Of a DNA stretch of 64,000 nucleotides, positions 9,837-19,581 are shown piece by piece (positions within the stretch are counted from its first letter, which is position 1; each line of letters starts with the position of its first letter). The position numbers and the translations under genes are program-made. The notes beneath the pieces were generated by a model, which worked only from the letters and a program-made list of their open reading frames with translations, had not been told where the DNA came from and did no database searches. The stretch comes from Cenarchaeum sp. (lineage in GTDB: Archaea; Thermoproteota; Nitrososphaeria; Nitrososphaerales; Nitrosopumilaceae): the NCBI GenBank assembly GCA_963693095.2, contig OY843768.1, forward strand, positions 1,856,001 through 1,920,000, read 5' to 3'.

Positions 9837-11561
9837 CTAGCGCACTATGACGGCACCAGTCATCCATGGGTGCACTATGCAATAGTACGGATAGTCGCCA
9901 ACATCCTCGAACGTGTGCTCGAATGTGTTGCCTGCCAGCAGCAGGCTGCTGTCAAACTCGCCTGTGATGCCGCCGGCCAGGGATCCGGCCGTGACCGTGT
10001 GCGCCACGGTGTCTATGTTGTCCCACGTTACCGTGGTTCCAGGATCCACTTCGATCGTGGGGGGCAGGTAGCACTCGTCAGTCTCCTCGCATCCGGCCAC
10101 ACCGGTTCCTTCTGGTATCATTACCGTGGGACTCGTGGTCTGCGGAGCGGTCGGCGGGGTCACAGGAACCGTGGGCGGCTCTGGGATGCTGACCGGCGGG
10201 GTCACCGTCGGCGGGGTCACAGGAACCGTGGGCGGCTCTGGGATGCTGACCGGCGGGGTCACTTGAACGGGTGGAGCGGGCGGCTCTGGGATGCTGACCG
10301 GCGGGGTCACTTGAACGGGTGGAGCGGGCGGCTCTGGGATGCTGACCGGCGGGGTCACTTGAACGGGTGGAGCGGGCGGCTCTGTCTCCCCCCGCACCAT
10401 CACAACTCCGGCCTGCCACGGGTGCACTATGCAATAGTACGGGTACTCGCCAACATCCTCGAACGTGTGATTAAAGGTGCTGCCTGCCAGCATCAGGCTG
10501 CTGTCAAACTCGCCTGTGATGCCGTCAGTCAGGGATCCGGCCGTGACCGTGTGAGCCACGTTGTCGATGTTCTCCCACGTCACCGTGGTTCCCGGATCAA
10601 CCTCGATCGTGTGGGGAATGTAGCACTCGTCAGTCGTCTCGCATCCGGCCACACCGGTTCCTTCTGGTATCATTACCGTGGGACTCGTGGTCTGCGGAGC
10701 GGTTGGCGGGGTTACTGGAACCGGAGCGGGCGGCTCTGGCACGCTGACCGGCGGGGTCACTTGAACAGGTGCGGGGGCAGCCGGCTCTGTCTCTCCAGGC
10801 ACCATCACAACCCCGGACATCCATGGGTGGATTATGCAATAGTATGCGTGCTCGTCGGCCTCGTTGAACACGTTCCTGAACCTCTCTCCGGGATAGATCA
10901 ACAGGCTGTCAAACTCGCCGGACGGGCCGGTGGCAACGTTGCCGGCCACAACAGTGTGGCTGACGACGTCATTGTTCTCCCATGTCACTAGGGCCCCGCG
11001 CCCAACCTCCACTGACATGGGCACATAGCACTCGCCGGCCTCTTCGCACCCTGGCACGCCGGCACCGTCGCCTATGCTGATCGTCGTGTCCATGGAATTC
11101 GGCGCCGGCATCCTGGCGTCATCACCACGTTCTGCAACGGTTATCTGCGCAACTGACTTTGGGGCCAGGGCCACAGGGCTCTCCGTGGACTCCCACACGA
11201 GCGCAGTCGCCTCATAGACTCCGGCCTGCGGGGGAATCCACACGACAGAGAGCGTTCTTGACTCGCCGACAGACAGCTCTCCGCCAACCCACATCAGGGC
11301 TCCCGTAATGTCGTCTGCGTCGTTCACCTGCACAATGTACGCGTATTGCTGTTCTACGTTCTGTGAGTTTGTGATCATCGTCGAGATCAGTATCGCCTCG
11401 CCGACGTCACTGCGCACCACTGCCTCGCCGGCCACGTTCGTTATGCGTATGTCACCTATGGTCACAGGCGCATCACGCCATGCAGGCTCGGCCTCTTGCG
11501 CAAACGCGGCCGGAACGGCCACCATGGCTAGCATGACCATTGGCAAGATCCACGCTGACAT
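9837..11561 (-). CDS. secreted protein with three plastocyanin-like domains and Pro-rich linkers
   Basis: Signal peptide; three 'HTV...YYC..HPW(M/Q)' sites. Confidence 0.9.
   Translation of the reverse strand: MSAWILPMVMLAMVAVPAAFAQEAEPAWRDAPVTIGDIRITNVAGEAVVRSDVGEAILISTMITNSQNVEQQYAYIVQVNDADDITGALMWVGGELSVGESRTLSVVWIPPQAGVYEATALVWESTESPVALAPKSVAQITVAERGDDARMPAPNSMDTTISIGDGAGVPGCEEAGECYVPMSVEVGRGALVTWENNDVVSHTVVAGNVATGPSGEFDSLLIYPGERFRNVFNEADEHAYYCIIHPWMSGVVMVPGETEPAAPAPVQVTPPVSVPEPPAPVPVTPPTAPQTTSPTVMIPEGTGVAGCETTDECYIPHTIEVDPGTTVTWENIDNVAHTVTAGSLTDGITGEFDSSLMLAGSTFNHTFEDVGEYPYYCIVHPWQAGVVMVRGETEPPAPPVQVTPPVSIPEPPAPPVQVTPPVSIPEPPAPPVQVTPPVSIPEPPTVPVTPPTVTPPVSIPEPPTVPVTPPTAPQTTSPTVMIPEGTGVAGCEETDECYLPPTIEVDPGTTVTWDNIDTVAHTVTAGSLAGGITGEFDSSLLLAGNTFEHTFEDVGDYPYYCIVHPWMTGAVIVR
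10150..10385. repeat. intragenic tandem repeats (three 48-bp units plus longer variants) encoding a Pro-rich linker
   Basis: ggcggctctg recurs at 10231, 10279, 10327, 10375; encodes PEPPAPPVQVTPPVSI. Confidence 0.95.
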
Positions 11562-11672
11562 CTGTCCGGAGGGCGTGACCCGTCTGAATAAATACCCATC
11601 GTGACCGGTGCGCGCGCACTGACAGGGCACACGCGCCAATGTTTAATTACAGATGGCCAGGGCACGCCCCGC

Positions 11673-12494
11673 ATGGGGCTCGCAGCGGCAATCATTCCGG
11701 CCATGCTGCTCATCGCAGTCGCCGGCACCGCACACGCGCAGATGCAGTCAATGCCGACTGACGGCGGCGCGCTCATAGTCGAGCTCTCGCCGACACCCGA
11801 GATGCCGCAGCCCGGCGAGGTTGTGCTGGGGATCAACTTTGTCAATCCCACAACGCAGGACACGCAGGTTCACATTGATTACGCAATGAACGTCACGATG
11901 GGCGGCATTACGTACGCGAGCGTCGAGCGATCGCACACCGCAGAGGGCAGAGTTCGCATACCCATGACACTCGATGATGCCGGCACGTATGAGGTCACAG
12001 TCATGACTGACGGAATATTCTTCCAGCCGATACCTGCCCAGTTTGCAATGTTCTCACTTGGCGTAGGCGTTGCCTCGGGGACAACGGGCGAGCCGGCGCC
12101 GTCGGAGAACGGAGGGGGATGCCTCGTGGCCACGGCCGCATATGGGACCGAGCTTGCCCCACAGGTCCAGTCACTGCGCGAGCTCCGTGACAGAACCGTC
12201 ATGGGCACCGAGTCGGGCAGGGCGTTTATGGCTTTGTTCAACTCGGCATACTATGCGTTCTCGCCGGCGATCGCCGACATGGAGCGCCAGAACGAGCACC
12301 TTCGCGGGGCTATTGCGCTAGCGATCACGCCGATGGTGGCCACATTGGGCCTCCTCGAGGGCGCCGGAATCGAGGGTGATGCCGAGATGGTCTCATATGG
12401 CCTAGCCGTGATCGCGCTAAACGTGGGCATGTATGTGGGCACGCCTGCGCTGGCAGCCGTGGGAATCAGGCGTTTGGCCGCCTGTCGTGCCTAG
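11673..12494 (+). CDS. secreted CFI-box-CTERM domain protein
   Basis: 'GGGCLVATAAYGTELAPQVQSLRELRD' followed by TM segments. Confidence 0.88.
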   Translation: MGLAAAIIPAMLLIAVAGTAHAQMQSMPTDGGALIVELSPTPEMPQPGEVVLGINFVNPTTQDTQVHIDYAMNVTMGGITYASVERSHTAEGRVRIPMTLDDAGTYEVTVMTDGIFFQPIPAQFAMFSLGVGVASGTTGEPAPSENGGGCLVATAAYGTELAPQVQSLRELRDRTVMGTESGRAFMALFNSAYYAFSPAIADMERQNEHLRGAIALAITPMVATLGLLEGAGIEGDAEMVSYGLAVIALNVGMYVGTPALAAVGIRRLAACRA

Positions 12495-12528
12495 TAGGTA
12501 TTTATTTACCCGTGGTGTCCGTGCGTCA

Positions 12529-13650
12529 ATGAAGACAGCAACGATAGGAACGCTCTTTGCGATTCTAGCCATTGCGACATCAACTATGGCACACGCGCCC
12601 GCGTATGCGGAGCACGCCGACGATCCGACGGTCACTGTACCGGCGGGAACGGGCGTGGCCGGATGCGAACTGACTGACGAGTGCTACCTTCCCCCCCTGA
12701 TCGAGGTGGGTCCGGGAACCACGGTAACGTGGGACAACATAGACACCGTGGCACACACAGTCACGGCCGGATCACTGACTGACGGCATCACAGGCGAGTT
12801 TGACAGCAGCCTACTGCTGGCAGGCAACGTCTTTGAGCACACGTTTGAGGAAGTCGGAGACTATCCGTACTATTGTATAGTGCACCCGTGGATGGCAGGC
12901 ATGGTTCAGGTCACACCGTATGACCACCATGACGACGATGATGCCCATGGAGATGACGCAGACAAGATGATGGGAGACGAGGACAAGATGATGGACGGCG
13001 ACAAGATGAAAGACGAGGACAACATGATGGACGAGAGGGAGAATACTATGCCCCTTACGGACATGATGATGGATGATGACGCAATGATGGAAGGCGACGA
13101 GATGATGCAGAACGGCGACGAGATGATGGACGACGGCATGATGTCAAACGACATGGAGAACATGCAAGAGATGATGCCGAGCACCATGGGAGACATGATG
13201 GGCGGCATGATGATGACGCTTGAAGGCGGCGAGGTCATGGTTCACGTGTCCGCAATGGACGACCCAATGGCCGGTGAGCCACTCGAGCTAGCACTCGCAT
13301 TCACAGACAGCGAAGGCATGATGACACAGCACGTAAACTATGACATCCGCGTGACGCAGGGCAACATGGTCGTGTTCAGTGATAGCAGCGTCCATGACCA
13401 CCAGGCAGGCAGTCCGGCAATGGTAACCACAAGGGTACTAGAGTCAGACGATCCAGTCGACGTTCGCGTGACGTTCCAGGGCTTTGGATTGCCCGGATCG
13501 TCGATAGCCGAGCGCACTGGCCCCACAGGCGAGATGGTCGAGTTTGAGCAAGTTCCAGAGTTTGGCACCATCGCAGTGATGGTGCTCGTTGTGGCAATCG
13601 TAAGCATTGTCGCAGTGACCTCACGGTCAAGCGTGTTCCAGCGAGTCTAG
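12529..13650 (+). CDS. plastocyanin-domain PEFG-CTERM surface protein with Met/Asp-rich linker
   Basis: 'YYCIVHPWM' Cu site; C-terminal 'VPEFG' plus TM sorting signal. Confidence 0.9.
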   Translation: MKTATIGTLFAILAIATSTMAHAPAYAEHADDPTVTVPAGTGVAGCELTDECYLPPLIEVGPGTTVTWDNIDTVAHTVTAGSLTDGITGEFDSSLLLAGNVFEHTFEEVGDYPYYCIVHPWMAGMVQVTPYDHHDDDDAHGDDADKMMGDEDKMMDGDKMKDEDNMMDERENTMPLTDMMMDDDAMMEGDEMMQNGDEMMDDGMMSNDMENMQEMMPSTMGDMMGGMMMTLEGGEVMVHVSAMDDPMAGEPLELALAFTDSEGMMTQHVNYDIRVTQGNMVVFSDSSVHDHQAGSPAMVTTRVLESDDPVDVRVTFQGFGLPGSSIAERTGPTGEMVEFEQVPEFGTIAVMVLVVAIVSIVAVTSRSSVFQRV

Positions 13651-13661
13651 GAAACCACAAC

Positions 13662-14282
13662 TTATCTTCTTTTTATGAGCGCCATAGTGGCGAGTGCGAT
13701 CCCTGCCACGCCAAATGCCGCGCCAAACAGGGCAATGTCGTATGTGACGGGGTCAGCCGCCGGAGCCGCAGGACCGCCTGATGATAACTCGCGCTGCATC
13801 GCCGAGACTGTGCTGCGCAGGGCATCAATGTCGGCGTTGCCCGAGGACTCCCTTGGCGGAAAGTCAAGGGCAGCAGTCCTCTCCACATCCTCTATGCGGA
13901 CAGGCGTGTCGACTGGCGTCTCGCCTATGGTGCCCTCTAGGTGGACAGAGTACGAGCCGGCCCTAGTCGGAATTATCTTTGTGTAATAGTGGCCAGGCTT
14001 TGGGTCATTGAGTATCTCGGCTGTGCGCTCGATGCCGCCAAACTTTAGCGTCACCTCGATGCCCGCAAACGATCCGGCAACGCCGCGCCTGACGCCCTCG
14101 CTCCCGCCGGACTCTGTGACCGAATAGACGACGGTGTTGCGCATCCCCTCGATGGGCGGCTCTATTCCCCAGCCGACCTCGATCTCATAGGGGCCGACCT
14201 CTACTGTCGTGTGTGCACTGGCCATCGGCACGCCGATGGCTAGCGAGGCTGCGATGACCATTGCGACAAAGAGCGCGCGCAC
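13662..14282 (-). CDS. secreted/membrane-anchored hypothetical protein (YtkA/FixH-like)
   Basis: Signal peptide ending 'ASAH', short coiled coil, C-terminal TM plus KRR. Confidence 0.75.
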   Translation of the reverse strand: MRALFVAMVIAASLAIGVPMASAHTTVEVGPYEIEVGWGIEPPIEGMRNTVVYSVTESGGSEGVRRGVAGSFAGIEVTLKFGGIERTAEILNDPKPGHYYTKIIPTRAGSYSVHLEGTIGETPVDTPVRIEDVERTAALDFPPRESSGNADIDALRSTVSAMQRELSSGGPAAPAADPVTYDIALFGAAFGVAGIALATMALIKRR

Positions 14283-14402
14283 TGTGCTGCGGGCAGACGC
14301 CGCAGGCGTTTTAAGCCTTTGGCGCCCACGCGTCGCAGACACGCAAGGCGATCCCATGCCACAGATAGCTATTTAGCAAACTCGAAAGCACGCCAACTCG
14401 CA

Positions 14403-17400
14403 ATGAGGCACGCCGCCGCAGCACTCCTCGCCGTACTCGCCGGAATGGGCGCGGCGTATGCGTTCACCGGCGACACGGTGAGCCTGCCGCAGGAGCGGCC
14501 TGACGTGCAAGCGCTGCTCACGTCTGGCATAATCGAGACCGGAGAGATTCGCGAAGACCTCGCAACGAGATATCTCGTCTTCGGCGAGGGCTCGCGCGGG
14601 TTCTCGACTGTACTTGGCTACTCGGAGATTCCGAGAGCTGCCGCACTGGGGCACCGGATAGCTCCTGACATGCGAACCGAGCTGCACAACAAGACGGCAA
14701 CTGACGTGTCTAGGATTGGTGAGCTCTCCGGCACGCTGCACGTGCGCGAGGAGCACGGACTCGACGGGACTGGCGTGCGCGTTGCCATAGTCGACACGGG
14801 AGTAGACTTTTCAAATCCTGACTTGCGCCATGCCCTCGCGCGAGACCCCGTGACAAACCATCCCGTAATGCTCGATGCTGACGCGCAGGGGATCGTCCTG
14901 ACAAACTCTACGTTCGTCGCGCGAATTGGCGATGACGGGACAATATCCGAGTACGGTTCCGTGCTGCCCGAGTGGGCAACGTCATCAGTCAGGGTCGAGC
15001 CCACGGGCGTGTACCTTGACATCGAGCGCGGGGGCAGCGGGACCAGGGTCGCCGTGTACAACTCGTTCTTTCCAGAGGCCGGACCGGGCACCGGACCAAT
15101 ATTCAACGCGACGATGGATGATGACATGAGGATCGGCCATGGCCCGGACGACTATATCGTCTCAAAGAGCGGCGTCTACCGCCTGGGCGTGATATACCAG
15201 GGGTCCCTCGAGGGCGCGCTAGTCGGCCTGCAAGTCGTCCCAGTCCTCGTGACTGACGCAGTAAAGGCCGGCGTGTATGACACGATAATCCCCGACCTCT
15301 CGACGTCGTGGCTCGACTATACGCGCTCCTCGCTGCCCGCCGGCATGATGCCCGACTATGACTTTGACTTTACCGACGAGGTTCCCGTCGTGCTCGGCTC
15401 GGGCAACGAGACGCTCGTGTACGACTCTGATGATGACGGCCTGGGCGACTATAGCGTCGGGACGATCGGCGCGCACGTGCTCGACGTGTATGGCGCGCTG
15501 CGCGGCAACGCGACAGGCGAGCCGGCCACGGGTCCGGACCTGCGAATGCTCCCGCCGATGGACCCTGGAGGGGAGTTTTTTGGCATAATGGCCGACTCGG
15601 TCGGCCACGGCACGTCTAGTGCCGCAACAGTCGCCGCAGCCGGCACGATCGAGTACGACATTTACAACTCTACATCAAGGCACACGATCACTGGTGCGGC
15701 CCCCGGCGCGTCGATAGTGCCGATAAAGGCCCTCTGGTACGGTGACACGCCGCACGCGTGGATGTGGGCCGCAGGCATGGACCTGCGCGATGACGGGACG
15801 TGGAGGTACACGGGCTCGCCACGGGCCGACATTGTCTCAAACAGCTGGGGCGCGCCGCAGTTTCCGGCCACGGGCGAGGCGCCGGGCCTTGACACAGTCT
15901 CGCTTCTCCTCTCGTACCTCTCGATGCCGGGATCCCTCAGGCCAGACTATCCCGGCGTGCTCTTTGTGGCTAGTGCCGGAAACTCTGGCCACGGGTATGG
16001 CACGATGAGCGCGCCGGGCGCAGCCCCATTCGCGCTGACTGCCGGCGCGACGACGAACAGCGCGTTCATCGGATATGGGAACTTTGAGGGCGAGCCGCGC
16101 TTTGGCAACTCGACGGCCTCGCACGGCCACCTCGTGGACTTTAGCAGCCGCGGACCGACGACTATCGGCGATCCAAAGCCGGACATGCTCTCAACAGGGG
16201 CATACTCTTTTGTGCCGGCTAGCGTCCTGCGCGCCCCGCGAGATGACGGCCCGCACGAGCCGTTCTCGCTCTTTGGCGGGACCAGCATGGCGGCCCCAAT
16301 GGTCTCCGGCGCTGCTGCAGTCACACTCGAGGCACTTCGCACGCAGGACGGGTATGGGCCTGTCAGCCCGCACAGGCTAAAGTCGATACTGGTATCGACT
16401 GCGGCTGACACGGGAAACGACGCGCTGGCGCAGGGCGCAGGCCTGGCCAACGCGACTGGCGCCGTCTCGTTTGCGCGCGGTGAGGCCGGCTCGTTTCTAG
16501 TCACAAACGACGCGACGCACGGCAACGTGCTAGACGCGATGCGTGAGCCGCTGGGCCTCCTCAACGCGACGGCCCTCGGACTGCGCGAGATTCGCATGCC
16601 CGAGGGGACACACGCGCACACGTCGTGGTATGGCGGCAGGGTCATGGCAGGCGAGTCGATGACTGCGACATTTACGATCGAAAACCCGTCTGATGAGCCG
16701 CTCGACGTCTCCGTCAGGCCAGAGTCGACATCACTATTGTCATCCTCGACGTATGCGGGAGTCACCACGCCGCACGAGGTCGACCCAGAGCTAAACGACT
16801 ATGGCGTGTTTGCGCCAAACTATGTCCCCCTCTCCGGCGTTGCGGCCCATGACACGCTAGAGTCGTACTTTGATGAGGCCTCGATACCGCCCGAGTCAAG
16901 CCTCCTGGTCCTGAGCGCAAGCTTTGGCCTCGGCGAGTTTATGAACATGACTCTAAACGAGGAGGCATACGCGTCAGACATCCGCCTCTCCTCGCTGTAC
17001 CTGTATGACTGGGTCGACTCGGACAACAGCACGCGCCCCGAGTCCTCCGAGCTCGCCCTCGTCTCGCGGGCCGGCTCTTGGGGAACGGTCCAGGAGCTGC
17101 GCGTCTCCGAGCCGGCCGCGCAGTTTGAGGGCACGCCGCTCGTCGGGATTTACCCACTGCCGACGCGCTATTCGTACTGGACGGGTGACACGGGGACAAA
17201 CTCTACGTCGATGGAGTACGCGCTGACGGCATCCTATTATGCGCCATCGCGCTGGGACGCAGTCTGGCTTGAGACTGACGAGCTCGTCGTGCCGCCAAAC
17301 TCAAAGGCCCGCCTCCGCGCCACAGTAGTTGTGCCCGAGTCCGCCGAGCCCGGCGTGCATCAGGGGTTCTTGCGCTTTGAGGGCGACTCGCAGGTGACGC

Positions 17401-17918
17401 TAGTGCCCGTGTCGTATGCCGTAAAGGTGCCCGTGGGGGAGCGCACGGTTCCCGTCGAGCGCGTGGCATCGACTACGCCGCGCTCGCCGGGGGAGATTCG
17501 CGGCGCCTTTGACATGGTCAGCACGTACATGGCCGGAGACTGGAGCCAGCACCACTTTGACGTGGATGACCCATCGGCAAGCTCTGCAGTCATCGACGTG
17601 TCATGGGAGGATCCGCAGACTAGCGTCACGGCATTCGTCGTCGAGCCGGGCGGCTCGATAGCCGCATCAAGCGCGCCGCCCGGCGCGTTTGGCGGGATAC
17701 TCGGGTGGCCGTCCTCGGACTGGCTCGGCCCCACGGAGTTCAGCCAGGGCGGCGGGTTTTTCCCCGTGACTGGGCGCAACTCTACATCGACGCTGTTCGT
17801 CGCGCCGGTCAACGCGACTGGCACGTATGGCATCATGGTACACGCCACAGTCTTTGGGGCCGGCGAGCGCGGAGACGCGCTAGCCGAGCCGATATCAGTC
17901 GGCGTGCAGGTTCGCTAG
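14403..17918 (+). CDS. secreted S8 subtilisin-family serine protease
   Basis: Catalytic 'IVDTG', 'HGTSSA', 'GTSMAAP'; oxyanion 'SAGNSG'. Confidence 0.95.
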   Translation: MRHAAAALLAVLAGMGAAYAFTGDTVSLPQERPDVQALLTSGIIETGEIREDLATRYLVFGEGSRGFSTVLGYSEIPRAAALGHRIAPDMRTELHNKTATDVSRIGELSGTLHVREEHGLDGTGVRVAIVDTGVDFSNPDLRHALARDPVTNHPVMLDADAQGIVLTNSTFVARIGDDGTISEYGSVLPEWATSSVRVEPTGVYLDIERGGSGTRVAVYNSFFPEAGPGTGPIFNATMDDDMRIGHGPDDYIVSKSGVYRLGVIYQGSLEGALVGLQVVPVLVTDAVKAGVYDTIIPDLSTSWLDYTRSSLPAGMMPDYDFDFTDEVPVVLGSGNETLVYDSDDDGLGDYSVGTIGAHVLDVYGALRGNATGEPATGPDLRMLPPMDPGGEFFGIMADSVGHGTSSAATVAAAGTIEYDIYNSTSRHTITGAAPGASIVPIKALWYGDTPHAWMWAAGMDLRDDGTWRYTGSPRADIVSNSWGAPQFPATGEAPGLDTVSLLLSYLSMPGSLRPDYPGVLFVASAGNSGHGYGTMSAPGAAPFALTAGATTNSAFIGYGNFEGEPRFGNSTASHGHLVDFSSRGPTTIGDPKPDMLSTGAYSFVPASVLRAPRDDGPHEPFSLFGGTSMAAPMVSGAAAVTLEALRTQDGYGPVSPHRLKSILVSTAADTGNDALAQGAGLANATGAVSFARGEAGSFLVTNDATHGNVLDAMREPLGLLNATALGLREIRMPEGTHAHTSWYGGRVMAGESMTATFTIENPSDEPLDVSVRPESTSLLSSSTYAGVTTPHEVDPELNDYGVFAPNYVPLSGVAAHDTLESYFDEASIPPESSLLVLSASFGLGEFMNMTLNEEAYASDIRLSSLYLYDWVDSDNSTRPESSELALVSRAGSWGTVQELRVSEPAAQFEGTPLVGIYPLPTRYSYWTGDTGTNSTSMEYALTASYYAPSRWDAVWLETDELVVPPNSKARLRATVVVPESAEPGVHQGFLRFEGDSQVTLVPVSYAVKVPVGERTVPVERVASTTPRSPGEIRGAFDMVSTYMAGDWSQHHFDVDDPSASSAVIDVSWEDPQTSVTAFVVEPGGSIAASSAPPGAFGGILGWPSSDWLGPTEFSQGGGFFPVTGRNSTSTLFVAPVNATGTYGIMVHATVFGAGERGDALAEPISVGVQVR

Positions 17919-18262
17919 TGCGGTTTGGTTTTGGCCAGCTCGGCATTGAGGGAGAGCCGCACGGCGATTGGATGCGACGCCAGGTACTGTGATATCGCCT
18001 TGTCATGCTTTTTTGCAAACGCGCGAAGCATGTGGCCGCACTCTAGCTCGTCGCAGCCTGGATAAAGTGCGGCGCACTTGCGCCGGGCCTGCTGCTCAGG
18101 CGAGCATTTTGAGCATATCTTTTCCTTATAGTGCCTGCGATACTCCTGACCCAGTCCCAGTATCCTGTCTCCGTCCTCTAGCCAGTCGACCACACGCTCG
18201 TCCCAGGCCTCGTGCGCAGGTGACCTTGGGACATCCCTGATCTCCAATCCTTCCTTGCCCAC
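17915..18262 (-). CDS. hypothetical protein, Cys-containing
   Basis: 'CSKC...C...C...C' possible metal site; convergent overlap with the subtilase stop. Confidence 0.6.
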   Translation of the reverse strand: MGKEGLEIRDVPRSPAHEAWDERVVDWLEDGDRILGLGQEYRRHYKEKICSKCSPEQQARRKCAALYPGCDELECGHMLRAFAKKHDKAISQYLASHPIAVRLSLNAELAKTKPH

Positions 18263-18345
18263 GGTTCGCCCCTGATCTCATAGATCAAAAGACAGTTTGA
18301 TTGCGCAAATTTGGTTTATAGATCAACCTTTTGTGTCATACTGAT

Positions 18346-19326
18346 CTAAATACTAGATCTATAAAGCTTTGGTACCGTCATGCGTAACCCCTCCTTTTTC
18401 ATACAATAATCTCCAAATGTTGATGCTCTGATCTCATCATGTATGACAGAAAGCTCTTCCTGGATAGAATTAAAAGAATGTAGCTCTGCTAGTTCATGAC
18501 CGTACTCTTCGGGTTTTTCTTGGTAGCACCAGTCGTCCCTGTTAAATAAGTGAACTGTGTTACCTCTTACCGGGGGCCAACTAAAGCAAAACGTGTGTAC
18601 ACCGTACATCAATCCTTTGACTATGTTTGATGTTGTGTTGGGATTGTTTTTACTTCCCTGCGTTCGTCGAGGGAATAATCCTGTCATATTGCACCATTTC
18701 TTTTTAGTGTAGAGTAGCTTTGACAGCATGATCCATTTTTCCACCGCCCCATAACGTGCCCATCGTATGTTGAGACGATTATACCTACTTTCATCCACTA
18801 TATATCTGGCTTTTTCTGTTAACTGTGGCAGCGGACATTCCATATCTATTGTGGGACACTTGATTTGATCAGTGTCGAAATTTTCCAATTCTTCAAGATC
18901 GTTTTTTAATCCATCAACATCTTGCCTCATGTCAGATTCTGGACACGCAATGAATGTGGTGCCGAGATCTTTTTGAAGGTTCAAAATATCAATCCTAGTG
19001 GTGTGCGAGAAAGTAATATTACGTCCAAAACTCATGGATGTCACTTTTGGTTTGTGCCCGTCTTTCATTTTCTGAAACTCCCGCTTTATCTTTTTTTGCG
19101 TATTCAGATCTGTTATTTTCCCACCAGATTTTTCTTCATGATGATAGTTAAACATGTCCGCAGCAATTTTCTTACCAGTACTTGTTGCGTTGCTATAGTC
19201 ATGATTATTTGCACATAATGACGGCAATTTATACTCTTCACCGTTTATTACGACTTTTAGGCAATTTCCCCTTATGCCTCGGGTCTGATCCTCATCTGAT
19301 CGCACTGATTTGATCTCTAGCTGCAT
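18346..19326 (-). CDS. low-GC hypothetical protein, tRNA-guanine transglycosylase (TGT)-fold-like
   Basis: Visibly AT-rich relative to flanks; segments 'ILNLQKDLGTTFIACPE', 'GVHTF', 'LAELHSF...EELSVIHDEI' echo the TGT layout, but DSGG and the Zn cysteines are absent. Confidence 0.55.
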   Translation of the reverse strand: MQLEIKSVRSDEDQTRGIRGNCLKVVINGEEYKLPSLCANNHDYSNATSTGKKIAADMFNYHHEEKSGGKITDLNTQKKIKREFQKMKDGHKPKVTSMSFGRNITFSHTTRIDILNLQKDLGTTFIACPESDMRQDVDGLKNDLEELENFDTDQIKCPTIDMECPLPQLTEKARYIVDESRYNRLNIRWARYGAVEKWIMLSKLLYTKKKWCNMTGLFPRRTQGSKNNPNTTSNIVKGLMYGVHTFCFSWPPVRGNTVHLFNRDDWCYQEKPEEYGHELAELHSFNSIQEELSVIHDEIRASTFGDYCMKKEGLRMTVPKLYRSSI

Positions 19327-19581
19327 GACCCCTCGCTAGTTCACATAATTATTAAATGTAATCATTGACATGGCCCTCGCCGCTGACTGCCCACGGATTG
19401 ACAAGCGCCATGACCCCGTGCGCAGGGCCGAACATGGGCGGATCTCCATGGCCTGATCGCAGCTAGCCCGCCGATCCGCACCGGCCGCAAGGGATCCATG
19501 GCGGCGATCACGTCCATGAGTGGCACCTGCGCAGAAATTCCGAGTAGGTTTATAACCAAACTTGGGCGGCGCGCCCCACAG

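Noticed and set aside
10150-10385. CRISPR array
   Set aside because: Units are contiguous in-frame coding repeats with no unique spacers; no cas genes in the window
9807-10991. 394-aa plus-strand ORF
   Set aside because: Antisense shadow of the cupredoxin gene, kept open by high GC and repeats
15947-16768. 273-aa minus-strand ORF (similarly 25801..26895 + and 31996..32883 -)
   Set aside because: Antisense to well-supported genes (subtilase, OGG/RNase, kae1); no motifs
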